Shown here: one piece after another, positions 37,546 to 46,716 of the stretch | How the letters are laid out: every line of letters starts with the position of its first letter | Position numbering within the stretch: position 1 is the first letter of the stretch | Assembly (NCBI GenBank): GCA_036516895.1 | Contig: DATDZD010000002.1 | Location: 13,769-77,768, forward strand | Length of the DNA: 64,000 nt | Direction of reading: 5' to 3' | From: Minisyncoccota bacterium | Lineage (GTDB): Bacteria; Patescibacteriota; Minisyncoccia; Phycocordibacterales; PALSA-1337 | Notes under the pieces: generated by a model | What the model was told of the DNA's origin: nothing | Seen by the model: only the letters and a program-made list of their open reading frames with translations | The model's database searches: none | Position numbers and translations under genes: made by a program

Positions 37546-39387
37546 ATGAGTATATTTAGCAAATTATTAGGAAAAAAAGAACAAGAAAAGCCAATCGTTT
37601 CTCTTATGCCACAAGAGATATATGAAGCTGGCATCTTGGAACTCAAAGATGTCATTGCCCCTTCGGCTCTCAAAATAAGCCCTAAAGAAATAAACCTTGG
37701 AGAAAAGGTGGCTAGAACATTTTTTGTTATATCCTATCCACGCTTTCTTTCTGAAAGCTGGTTTGCTCCTATTATAAATCTTGATAAAGTCTTCAATATT
37801 TCTATTTTCATCCATCCAGTAGACACCGCAAAAATACTTCGTCATTTCCAAAAGAAAGTAGCGGAGGTCCAAAGCCAAATATCACAAAGAGAAGATAAGG
37901 GTTTAGTGCGGGACCCTATGCTTGATACCGCCTACCAAGACCTTGAGGTGCTCCGAGACAGCTTGATGCAAGCACAAGAAAAGATATTTGATGTTGGCGT
38001 ATACATCACTCTATATGGAGACTCTAGTGCAGAGCTTGATAAAACAGAGTCAGAAATAAAATCCATCCTGGAATCAAAGCTCGTATACATAAAGCCCGCT
38101 CTCTTTCAACAGGAAAGTGGGTACAGAAGCGTTCTTCCTATTGCCAATGATGAGCTAGCGGTGCACTCAAAGCTCAATTCTTCTCCTCTTTCTTCTCTCT
38201 TTCCTTTCGTTTCTTTTGACCTAACATCAGACAAAGGAATTCTCTACGGAATCAATCGCCACAACTCGTCTCTTGTACTTTTTGATAGATTTCTCTTGGA
38301 AAATTACAATTCTGTAACATTTGCAAAAGCTGGAGCGGGAAAATCATACTGCACAAAGCTGGAAATACTCCGTACTCTTATGTTTGACACAGATGTCATT
38401 GTTATAGACCCGGAAAAAGAATACGAGTACATGGCAGAAGCCACTGGAGGAAAATATTTTAATATTTCTCTAAATTCAGAACATCATATCAACCCTTTTG
38501 ACCTTCCTATTCCTAGAGAAGACGAGTCGGCTATAGATGTCCTTCGTTCAAACATTATCAATCTTGTCGGACTCTTTCGCATAATGCTCGGAGGTCTATC
38601 CCAAGAAGAAGACGCTATTATAGACCGAGCTATTACAGAGACATACGCTCTCAAAGATATTACAGCAGAATCAAACTTCAGAAATGTTGAACCGCCACTT
38701 CTATCCGACTTTGAGCTTGTTTTGGCGGGTATGGAAGGAGCCGAATCGCTTGTAGAACGACTGACAAAGTATACAAAAGGCACATGGTCGGGCTTTATAA
38801 ACCGTCCTTCAAATGTTGATATAAACAAAAAATTCGTGGTTTTTTCACTTCGCGATATGGAAGACGAACTCAAACCAGTAGCAATGTATATTGTTACTCA
38901 CTATATCTGGAACGCTATACGCAAACAGCTTAAAAAACGCCTTTTGGTCATAGATGAAGCATGGTGGATGATGAAATCAGAAGATACGGCTTCATTTCTA
39001 CTCGGTCTGGCAAAAAGAGGTCGCAAATACTATCTAGGTCTAGCCACAATCACCCAAGATGTTGATGATTTTCTCAAATCTCCGTATGGTTTGCCTATTA
39101 TTACAAATTCTTCAATTCAAATACTCCTCAAACAATCTCCTTCATCAATAGACAATATCCAAAGAACTTTCAACTTAACAGACGAAGAAAAATATCTTCT
39201 CATTGAATCGGATGTGGGGGAGGGAATATTCTTTGTCGGGCTAAAGCATGTAGCCATAAAAGTCGTAGCCTCATATACAGAAGACCAGATTATTACCACA
39301 AACCCCGCCCAGGTCATGGCAATTCAGCAAGCAAAGAAAGATTTGGAAATGAGTCATGCGATGACGGAGAAAGAAGTGTCAGTATAA
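37546..39387 (+). CDS. VirB4/TraC/TrbE-family conjugation-type ATPase (C-terminal part)
   Basis: Walker A TFAKAGAGKSYCTKLE, Walker B RLLVIDEAWWMM, and a conserved ITQDVDDF region typical of VirB4. Confidence 0.7.
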   Translation: MSIFSKLLGKKEQEKPIVSLMPQEIYEAGILELKDVIAPSALKISPKEINLGEKVARTFFVISYPRFLSESWFAPIINLDKVFNISIFIHPVDTAKILRHFQKKVAEVQSQISQREDKGLVRDPMLDTAYQDLEVLRDSLMQAQEKIFDVGVYITLYGDSSAELDKTESEIKSILESKLVYIKPALFQQESGYRSVLPIANDELAVHSKLNSSPLSSLFPFVSFDLTSDKGILYGINRHNSSLVLFDRFLLENYNSVTFAKAGAGKSYCTKLEILRTLMFDTDVIVIDPEKEYEYMAEATGGKYFNISLNSEHHINPFDLPIPREDESAIDVLRSNIINLVGLFRIMLGGLSQEEDAIIDRAITETYALKDITAESNFRNVEPPLLSDFELVLAGMEGAESLVERLTKYTKGTWSGFINRPSNVDINKKFVVFSLRDMEDELKPVAMYIVTHYIWNAIRKQLKKRLLVIDEAWWMMKSEDTASFLLGLAKRGRKYYLGLATITQDVDDFLKSPYGLPIITNSSIQILLKQSPSSIDNIQRTFNLTDEEKYLLIESDVGEGIFFVGLKHVAIKVVASYTEDQIITTNPAQVMAIQQAKKDLEMSHAMTEKEVSV

Positions 39388-39567
39388 GTAAAATCGTGCG
39401 AACATCCGTATATATCAGGTGTGGAGAGAATACTTTCTTTTTCCGGGTACGAGAATTTTTTACTAAAAATTCTCTCAAGTCCTCGCGCCGACGCGCTCGG
39501 AAGCCCCTCCAAAAGAAGTATTCTCTCCACACCTAGCATACAATAAAGAATGCGAGTCAATTTTACC
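39388..39567 (-). repeat. Intergenic palindromic repeat, divergent family copy E (about 180 bp, reverse orientation)
   Basis: It starts GTAAAATCGTGCGA and ends GCGAGTCAATTTTACC. The internal part is itself a long palindrome (GGTGTGGAGAGAATACTTCTTTT ... AAAAGAAGTATTCTCTCCACACC). It lies directly after the VirB4 stop. Confidence 0.5.
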
Positions 39568-39572
39568 AAAAC

Positions 39573-39989
39573 ATGAACATGGATGAACAAAACAAAGAAA
39601 ACAGAATAGGAACAATAGCTATATTAGTCCTTATTTTCGTATCCGGTCTAGCTGACGCAGGAACATTAATCCCTTTTGTGGGCGACTTCGTAAGCCCTTT
39701 GTTTTGGACATGTATGACATACTATCTTTACAAGATAAAACATGGGCTTCTAAATTGGAAAATATTTGCTCCGAGTATTGTCTCTTTTGTATCGGAATTT
39801 ATCCCTGTAGTGCAAGCATTCCCAACAATTATAGGCGCTACTATAGCCATAATATTTGTATCCCGACTTGAAGATAAGACTGGAATATCTCTAATGAAAC
39901 CCTTATCGCAAGGTCAGAAAGTTCACTTACCCAGCAGAACACCACCTCTTAATCAAGGCGGAATAAGGCAACCAAGAAATATATTATAA
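39573..39989 (+). CDS. Hypothetical small membrane protein
   Basis: 138 aa with 2-3 hydrophobic helices. Confidence 0.4.
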   Translation: MNMDEQNKENRIGTIAILVLIFVSGLADAGTLIPFVGDFVSPLFWTCMTYYLYKIKHGLLNWKIFAPSIVSFVSEFIPVVQAFPTIIGATIAIIFVSRLEDKTGISLMKPLSQGQKVHLPSRTPPLNQGGIRQPRNIL

Positions 39990-40018
39990 TAGTCAGAATT
40001 TATGATAAAATATAGCAA

Positions 40019-41068
40019 ATGAAATCTCGCACAAAAATACTATTGAAAACTACACTGAATATCTTCTATGTTACATTTTTTACAATAATTTTTTCTTTTA
40101 TATTTGTCATATCTATTCACGCCCAAATTCCCAACTCTATTGATGGTGTAGAGATTGGCTCTGACCCAGAAAATCCCAATCCGGGACAAAATGTAACCGT
40201 GAGTGTAGAGAGTTATAATACAGACTTGAATTCTGCTTCTGTTGTTTGGCTTGTAAATGGCAAGAATTATGCTCAAGGTACTGGTTTGAAATCTGTGAGT
40301 GTTTCTGCGCCGTCTTTGGGTAAAAATACAAGTATTGTGACAATTATTATGACCGCCGAAGGAAAGGAGGTCAGAAAATCAATAACAATAAAATCAGGGT
40401 CAGTAGATTTAGTATGGGAAAGTGAAGGTTATATTCCACCTTTTTACAAAGGCAAAGCGGTTTTCGCCTATGAAAATCTTGTCAAAATAACTGCCATGCC
40501 ACACCTTTCTAATAATGAAAGTGCAGAATTGGACTCTCGCACTCTAATATATAAATGGAAAAAGAATGACAAGGTAGTCCTAGATCAGTCTGGCTATGGA
40601 AAACAAACTCTGATTATAAAAGAAGATATTCCTAGACCTATTGATATAGAATTGGAAGTAACAACAAAGAATGGCAGTCAAAAGGGTGTGGCGTTTATAA
40701 CTCTTCAGCCGGGAGAGCCATCAATCTCTTTCTATGAAGAAGACCCTCTCTATGGAGTGTTATACAATAAAGCTATTATTAACAGAATCAGTCTTTCAAA
40801 TCAAGAAATAAATATCCGTGCTGTGCCATATAATTTTACTTCATACGCCAAAAACTCTCCTTTGACCTATTCTTGGAGTATAAATAATCTTCTTCAGCCA
40901 GAACTTTCCACAAACCAGAGTATTATCTTGAGAACAAGAGGGGATACAGAAGGAAGTTCGGCTATTTCTCTTGAAGTTAGAAATACAGATGACATACTTC
41001 AAGGAGCACGCAATACCATAGATGTATTATTTAATAAAAGACCAATAGAAAGCAGTGTGGCCTTTTGA
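40019..41068 (+). CDS. Hypothetical secreted or membrane-anchored beta-rich protein
   Basis: 349 aa with an N-terminal TM/signal (IFYVTFFTIIFSFIFVISIHA) and repetitive beta-strand-like sequence. Confidence 0.45.
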   Translation: MKSRTKILLKTTLNIFYVTFFTIIFSFIFVISIHAQIPNSIDGVEIGSDPENPNPGQNVTVSVESYNTDLNSASVVWLVNGKNYAQGTGLKSVSVSAPSLGKNTSIVTIIMTAEGKEVRKSITIKSGSVDLVWESEGYIPPFYKGKAVFAYENLVKITAMPHLSNNESAELDSRTLIYKWKKNDKVVLDQSGYGKQTLIIKEDIPRPIDIELEVTTKNGSQKGVAFITLQPGEPSISFYEEDPLYGVLYNKAIINRISLSNQEINIRAVPYNFTSYAKNSPLTYSWSINNLLQPELSTNQSIILRTRGDTEGSSAISLEVRNTDDILQGARNTIDVLFNKRPIESSVAF

Positions 41069-41077
41069 TAAAAAGAA

Positions 41078-42226
41078 ATGAAAAAAATAATTTCTTACAA
41101 TTTCATAATGCTCATATATCTCGCTATAATCTTTGGTTCTAGCATAAATATTTCTCATGCTCAAAATACATACAAACTTCTTGAGCCGTTGCCCAATATA
41201 ATGGGCACTGGGCAAAAAGGTGAGTGTGTTGATGAAAAAAATAAAACTATAACTTGTATAAACCTTGAAACTTATGTGGGCTATGTCTTCAAACTAGCTA
41301 TAGCTCTTGCTGTATTTTTGGCAGTGGTAGTCCTCATATATGGCGGTTTTGAATACATGCTAGGCGAAGCCATAGGTACCAAAGCTGCCGCAAAATCAAG
41401 AATGACAAATGCCATTTATGGGCTTCTTGGAGCGTTGGTTTCATATTTGATATTGGTCACAATAGACCCAAGATTGGTGCAGATAAATACGAATATTCCG
41501 GAGATAAATATTAAAATAGATAGAGAAACTGCGAATTTTCAGAAGCAGTTAAGTAATGATTTGAACAATATGTCAGGAGAATCAAGATTGAAGGTAATAG
41601 AAGCTACAAATAAGATAAAGGAGCTTGAAAAAGAAAGAGGTGGTGTTATGCAAAAACTTGGTTCAGGTACCAGTATTGAAAACGAAAATTATGTAAAAGA
41701 ATTGGCTAGAATTGACCAGGAAATCAAAGAGAATAAATCTACAGTAATAACAGAGTCGGCCAAATCATTAGGGTCAAGCCAGTTTGGTAAGATTTTTGAT
41801 GTAATTCGTACTCCTCAAAACTATAATGCGACTTCCTTAAAGATTACAGACGAAGCTCAAGGAGTTATAGATAGTAACAGAAATACTATTGTTAAAAACT
41901 ATGATGATTATGCAAAACAGCTTGATGAGATTCAAGAGTATGAAAAAGCTAGAGAAGTTAGAACGACAAAAGAATTTCTTTTAGATCAAATAAAACAGGA
42001 ACAGGAATTGCGTGGGATGATTAATCACTATAATCACGAAGACCCTATCAAAAAACCTTATTGGGAAAAACAAATGAGAGATCTACTTGCAAAATATGCC
42101 AGTCCACCAAAAGACGAGATGGTTAATAAATATAGAAATTATCCTGATATATTAACTCAATATAATGAATATAAGACTGTCCGAGCAAACATAATTAGTC
42201 AAACCCTAAAACCCCCAGGAAAATAA
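41078..42226 (+). CDS. Hypothetical protein with a signal peptide, a hydrophobic helical hairpin, and a long coiled coil
   Basis: Signal MKKIISYNFIMLIYLAIIFGSSINISHA, then Cys-containing segment, then two TM helices (VFKLAIALAVFLAVVVLIY...LLGALVSYLILVTI). This is a VirB2/TrbC-like topology at the N-terminus. Confidence 0.4.
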   Translation: MKKIISYNFIMLIYLAIIFGSSINISHAQNTYKLLEPLPNIMGTGQKGECVDEKNKTITCINLETYVGYVFKLAIALAVFLAVVVLIYGGFEYMLGEAIGTKAAAKSRMTNAIYGLLGALVSYLILVTIDPRLVQINTNIPEINIKIDRETANFQKQLSNDLNNMSGESRLKVIEATNKIKELEKERGGVMQKLGSGTSIENENYVKELARIDQEIKENKSTVITESAKSLGSSQFGKIFDVIRTPQNYNATSLKITDEAQGVIDSNRNTIVKNYDDYAKQLDEIQEYEKAREVRTTKEFLLDQIKQEQELRGMINHYNHEDPIKKPYWEKQMRDLLAKYASPPKDEMVNKYRNYPDILTQYNEYKTVRANIISQTLKPPGK

Positions 42227-42227
42227 T

Positions 42228-43487
42228 ATGACCAAAAAAATAATTTTCATCTTCATGCTCATTATTCTCCTCGCCGGAGGCGTGTATTACTTTTTTTTCT
42301 ATCAGAGCAAGCCCATGTCACTTACCGATACAGCAGAAGCTCCTCCAACAGGATTCAGTCCTATAAACCGCTCTAGTGTTGCTACACCAAAAAATACAAC
42401 ACCATCAGCAACAAGCACCCCCAGACAGAATACAGTAACGGAGCAAGCAAGAATACCAGCCCTACGCCACTTGAGCACAACCCCTGTAGGTGGCTTCATG
42501 GCAAGCTCTACAGCCAGTTCTACAGTGGTTCGTTATGTGGATAGGGGAGTAGGTCATATATACGAATCTTTAAGTACAAAGAACGAAATAAAAAAGATAT
42601 CAAATACCACAATTCCTCGTATATATGAAAGTTATTGGAATAAAAACCTAAATACTGCCATTTTTAGATACATGAAAGACGAGACAGATACAATAGCAAA
42701 TTTCTATGCTGAAATAAGACCAATCAAAACATCAACCAGCACTTTAGAAACAATAAATGAAGTAAATAGCGAAATAAAAGGAAAATTCATATCTTCGGAT
42801 ATAAAAGAAATAGCTGTCTCTCCAAAAAAAGACCGTGTTTTCACTTTCAATATAGAAAATGGAAGAGGGATAGGGTATATCTCTGGTTTTGATGAAAGTA
42901 AAAAGACAAAAATCATTGACATACCTATTACTCAAGTCAATATAGAGTGGCCAGAAGAAAATACTCTTGCAATTACAACAAAATCATCCGGTGTATCATC
43001 TGGATATTTATATCTAATAGACATAAAAAAACCATCTCTCAAAAAAATACTGGGCGGGATTACAGGTTTGAATGCAAAGGTAAGTCATGACGCAAAGAAA
43101 ATACTTTTCTCATCTAGCAATTCAAAGGGATTTGCGATGAGTATATACAATATAAAAGATTCTTCTACACAAGAAATGGTCTTTAGAACTACCGCTGACA
43201 AATGCGTATGGAGCAAAATTCGCCCAAACGAACTTTATTGCTCCGTCCCAGTAGAATTCCCAGCAGGAATGTATCCTGATGATTGGTACAAGGGGGTAAT
43301 ATCATTTGCAGACCAGATATGGCAATTAGACACAACGACAGGAGAAGTGCATCTTATGGCAAATCTTTTGAAAATTTCTGATGAACTTATTGATGCTGTA
43401 GACCTGACTCTAGACCCGAAAGAAGACTATTTATTCTTTGTAAATAAAAGAGATTTGACTCTTTGGTCGCTGGATTTGAATAGATAA
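42228..43487 (+). CDS. Hypothetical membrane-anchored protein with a Ser/Thr-rich linker and a beta-propeller-like C-terminal region
   Basis: 419 aa with an N-terminal TM helix. No catalytic motif recognised. Confidence 0.4.
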   Translation: MTKKIIFIFMLIILLAGGVYYFFFYQSKPMSLTDTAEAPPTGFSPINRSSVATPKNTTPSATSTPRQNTVTEQARIPALRHLSTTPVGGFMASSTASSTVVRYVDRGVGHIYESLSTKNEIKKISNTTIPRIYESYWNKNLNTAIFRYMKDETDTIANFYAEIRPIKTSTSTLETINEVNSEIKGKFISSDIKEIAVSPKKDRVFTFNIENGRGIGYISGFDESKKTKIIDIPITQVNIEWPEENTLAITTKSSGVSSGYLYLIDIKKPSLKKILGGITGLNAKVSHDAKKILFSSSNSKGFAMSIYNIKDSSTQEMVFRTTADKCVWSKIRPNELYCSVPVEFPAGMYPDDWYKGVISFADQIWQLDTTTGEVHLMANLLKISDELIDAVDLTLDPKEDYLFFVNKRDLTLWSLDLNR

Positions 43488-43509
43488 AATTATGCAAAAT
43501 TATTGTTTA

Positions 43510-43617
43510 GGTAAAATCAGCTCGCCTACTTGCGCTCGGAAGCTCTTTTATTTGTTCTCCGCCTGCTGGCGGATAAAAATAAAAGACTTCCTCACCGCAG
43601 GCTCGCACGATTTTACT
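43510..43617 (+). repeat. Intergenic palindromic repeat, family copy C
   Basis: GGTAAAATCAGCTCGCCTACTTGCGCTCGGAAGCTC...CACCGCAGGCTCGCACGATTTTACT. It lies between convergent genes (the 42228 gene and yidC). Confidence 0.6.
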
Positions 43618-43623
43618 AAATAA

Positions 43624-44370
43624 TTACAATGGCTGATGCTTTTTTAAGTGCCTTCTCACAACAATCTCTTGTCCTAAAGTAAAAATACTCGTAACCGTCC
43701 AATAAAGAGCCACCACAGCCGCTATATTGTAAGAAATAAAGAAAACCATTATAGGAAAGACATATTTCATGCTTTTTGTCATATTTTGAGCCATGTCCAT
43801 CTGAATATTTGAACTTGTGTCAGTATTTACACCAGTCCCTGTAGATTTCATTGAAGCAAGAGAGAAGTGGAGCTGTAGAAATTGAGCAATTGCCGCAATA
43901 ATAGCCATAATTGTATTTTTTGCACCTATATCCACAAGACCAAGAAAATTCATATCTACCGTGGGAACATTTACGAAACCGTAAAGCAATTCCGTATTTA
44001 CAACAGGCAAACCAGAACGAAAGAAAATAGAATAAAGAGCCCAGATAATAGGCAATTGAACTAAAAGAACTAGAAAACTAGAAAAAGGACTAATTTTCTT
44101 TTCTTTATACAAAGCCATCATCTTAAGAGCTTGACCCTGACGGTCGTCTTTCATCATCTGCTTCAAACGATTTATTTCCGGCTCTAATTCTTTCATGCGA
44201 ACCTGCGTAACTATGGCTTTCTTTGATAATGGAAAAAGGATGAGGCGTATAATGATAGTAAATATAATAACTACAATTCCAGCGTCTACCCAAGGAAGAA
44301 TATCCATCAAGTATATAAGCCCATTGTAAAGTGGATTAAATATAATGGTGTTATAGAAAGAAGAGAACAT
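43624..44370 (-). CDS. yidC: Membrane protein insertase YidC (short form)
   Basis: 248 aa polytopic protein. It sits in the conserved rpmH-rnpA-yidC arrangement and has YidC-like TM helices with a conserved Arg-containing first helix. Confidence 0.75.
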   Translation of the reverse strand: MFSSFYNTIIFNPLYNGLIYLMDILPWVDAGIVVIIFTIIIRLILFPLSKKAIVTQVRMKELEPEINRLKQMMKDDRQGQALKMMALYKEKKISPFSSFLVLLVQLPIIWALYSIFFRSGLPVVNTELLYGFVNVPTVDMNFLGLVDIGAKNTIMAIIAAIAQFLQLHFSLASMKSTGTGVNTDTSSNIQMDMAQNMTKSMKYVFPIMVFFISYNIAAVVALYWTVTSIFTLGQEIVVRRHLKKHQPL

Positions 44371-44379
44371 GTGTGTATT

Positions 44380-44715
44380 TTACTTCAAAAGACCCAATTT
44401 AACAAAAGATTGCTCTAAAATAGATGATATTTCAATAAAAGACGCCTTTTTTATAGAGTCTTTAGATATAAAGACGCCATAAAATCCTTCTTTAATTTTC
44501 GGATACAATATTCTTATCGCCGAATACACTCTTCTACGAATTTTATTCCTCTCTACAGCGCTTTTTGCTACTTTTTTTGGAACTGATACAGAAAAACGAC
44601 TTGGACCAATAGTTTTTAATAATTTTAAAATAAACAAGGAAGAATGATAAGTCATCCCACCATCAATAGTATCCTTAAAGAGAGTTGTGGTCAGTCTTTT
44701 TTGGTTTGGAAGCAT
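44380..44715 (-). CDS. rnpA: Ribonuclease P protein component
   Basis: 111 aa basic protein with the RNR motif region AVERNKIRRRVYSAIR. It lies immediately downstream of rpmH. Confidence 0.8.
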   Translation of the reverse strand: MLPNQKRLTTTLFKDTIDGGMTYHSSLFILKLLKTIGPSRFSVSVPKKVAKSAVERNKIRRRVYSAIRILYPKIKEGFYGVFISKDSIKKASFIEISSILEQSFVKLGLLK

Positions 44716-44716
44716 A

Positions 44717-44851
44717 TTACACAGCTATTTTCTTTCTGCCTTTTGCCCTGCGACGCTTTATAACATTTCTTCCATTGCTAGTCTTGCTTCTAACAAGAAA
44801 ACCGTGTGTTTTTGCACGCTTTCTTTTCTTTGGTTTATAGGTAAATGACAT
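44717..44851 (-). CDS. rpmH: 50S ribosomal protein L34
   Basis: [44 protein letters not shown] is the L34 signature. The track ORF is longer but the conserved L34 starts at this Met. Confidence 0.85.
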   Translation of the reverse strand: MSFTYKPKKRKRAKTHGFLVRSKTSNGRNVIKRRRAKGRKKIAV

Positions 44852-44992
44852 ATTTAGCAAGAATACATTATGATAGAAGAAAAGGCAAGGAGTACGAGTA
44901 AAATTTAGGCGAAATCCGTTCCGCAGAAGTCTTTTTTTCTGACGCTTGCCGGAAGAAAAAAAGAGCTTGTGCGGAAGCAAGGATTTCACCAA

Positions 44993-45152
44993 ATTTTACC
45001 TAGACATTATTTTAATTTATCTTGTAGTTTTATTTTTCCACAGGTTATCAACATACTTATAAACTTTCCACAAGTTCTTTACTTTTTAAAGAAGTATATA
45101 CTACTAATACTATTTTATTTATTTTTATCATCATCATAAAAATCTCATAAAA
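44993..45152 (+). promoter_or_regulatory. AT-rich dnaA upstream region with degenerate DnaA boxes (TTTTCCACA, TTATCAACA, TTTCCACAA), an oriC candidate part
   Basis: Directly seen. It lies between the divergent rpmH and dnaA genes and ends in a very AT-rich stretch before the dnaA ATG. Confidence 0.4.
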
Positions 45153-46499
45153 ATGAATGAACATGCACAACTTTGGGAAAATGCCTTGGTAGAAATAGAA
45201 CTTGCTGTTTCTGAAGCTAATTTTTCCACATGGTTTAAAGGCAGTTTTATCTTAAAGCAAGAAGAGGGAACTATATACCTCGGAGTTCCCAACTCGTTTA
45301 CTCGCGACTGGCTTTATAAGAAATTTCATCCTGTAATATTGAGAACTCTTAGAAAAATGAATGAGCAAGTCCGCTCTCTTGAGTATGTTATAACAAAAGA
45401 CGCTGAAAAGAAGAAAGCTGAGGAAAAAAAGAAAGCTTTGCCAGCGCCTACCACATCTATGCCTCTTCAAGATTTCTATATAAACAAAGAAGATAATCTA
45501 AATCCAAGATATATCTTTGAAAACTTTGTTGTGGGACCTTTCAATGAGCTTGCCAATGCCGCCTCAAGAACTGTGGTAAAAAATCCGGGTACTTCTTATA
45601 ATCCTTTGTTCATATATGGAAATACAGGTCATGGCAAAACTCATCTTATCCAAGCGATAGGAAATCATATAAAGCAGGACCATCCTCAGAAAAAGGTCTT
45701 TTATTTGACTTCTGAAAGATTTGGTTCAGAGTATTTCAGTGCTCTTCAGGGAAATAAAGCTCAACAATTTAAAGAAAAATACAGAAAGTATGATGTTATT
45801 ATTATGGACGATGTTCAATTTTTCTCGGGAAAAGATAAATTCCAAGAAGAATTTTTTTATCTTTTTAATACTTTCCACGAAAGCAATCGTCAACTCGTCT
45901 TTTCTTGCGACAAACACCCAAACTTCATTCCAGGACTTGAAGACCGCATTAAATCAAGATTTAATGCGGGCATGATTATTGAATTGCCCGCTCCAGACCA
46001 TGAATCTCGCATAGCTATCCTCAAAGCCAAAAGTTTGGCAAATAATGTAATGTTAGAAAATAACATTCTTGAATTTTTAGCTTCAAATATTGAAAGTAAT
46101 GTCAGGGAACTTGAAGGAGTAATAAATACTCTTGTTTGTCAGACACAGTTGAAAGGTCGTCCTCTTTCCTTGATTGAAATTAAAAATTTAGTAAAAAATA
46201 GCACAAAGCCAAAGAAAAACATATCAATAAAGGATGTTATAAAGCTTGTTTCAGATTTTTATAATATAAACGAGGAAAGTGTATATGATAAAACAAGAAA
46301 AAAAGAGGTGGTAAAGCCAAGACAAGTGATTATGTATCTTCTTAGAGAGGACTTAAATGTGTCATTTCCTTCAATAGGAGATAAAATGGGCGGAAGAGAC
46401 CATACAACAGTTATTCACTCTTATGAAAAAGTTAGAGAAGAAATCAAAACTGATTCAATTTTAATGGAGGAAATATCCCAAATACGGTCCATGTTATAA
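45153..46499 (+). CDS. dnaA: Chromosomal replication initiator protein DnaA
   Basis: 448 aa. The AAA+ region has NPLFIYGNTGHGKTHLIQAIGN and IIMDDVQFFSGKD. The C-terminal domain IV has a DnaA signature-like IGDKMGGRDHTTVIHSYEKV. Confidence 0.9.
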   Translation: MNEHAQLWENALVEIELAVSEANFSTWFKGSFILKQEEGTIYLGVPNSFTRDWLYKKFHPVILRTLRKMNEQVRSLEYVITKDAEKKKAEEKKKALPAPTTSMPLQDFYINKEDNLNPRYIFENFVVGPFNELANAASRTVVKNPGTSYNPLFIYGNTGHGKTHLIQAIGNHIKQDHPQKKVFYLTSERFGSEYFSALQGNKAQQFKEKYRKYDVIIMDDVQFFSGKDKFQEEFFYLFNTFHESNRQLVFSCDKHPNFIPGLEDRIKSRFNAGMIIELPAPDHESRIAILKAKSLANNVMLENNILEFLASNIESNVRELEGVINTLVCQTQLKGRPLSLIEIKNLVKNSTKPKKNISIKDVIKLVSDFYNINEESVYDKTRKKEVVKPRQVIMYLLREDLNVSFPSIGDKMGGRDHTTVIHSYEKVREEIKTDSILMEEISQIRSML

Positions 46500-46716
46500 A
46501 TTGTGGATATTGTGTGGAAAGATACTGTATTTATGTGTATAACTTTAGATAAAAATATGATAAATAAAAAACTTATAGAAGATATTAGAAGTAATTCAAA
46601 AATTATCAACAATTTAATTATTAAAATATATTTAAAAATATCGGTTTAAAAAAGTTATCCACATATCCACAGGACTAATAATAGTAATAAGTATTAATAT
46701 AAATTAAATTAAAAAT
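46500..46716 (+). promoter_or_regulatory. dnaA-dnaN intergenic AT-rich region with tandem DnaA boxes (TTATCCACA perfect, ATATCCACA), an oriC candidate part
   Basis: The sequence aaaaGTTATCCACATATCCACAGGact sits within a 217 bp spacer of more than 80% A+T. Confidence 0.45.

Noticed and set aside
14729-43617. Possibility that the repeated palindromic elements form a CRISPR array
   Set aside because: The copies are 9-16 kb apart, in both orientations, differ in length (98-180 bp), and have no regular spacers. No cas genes are present.
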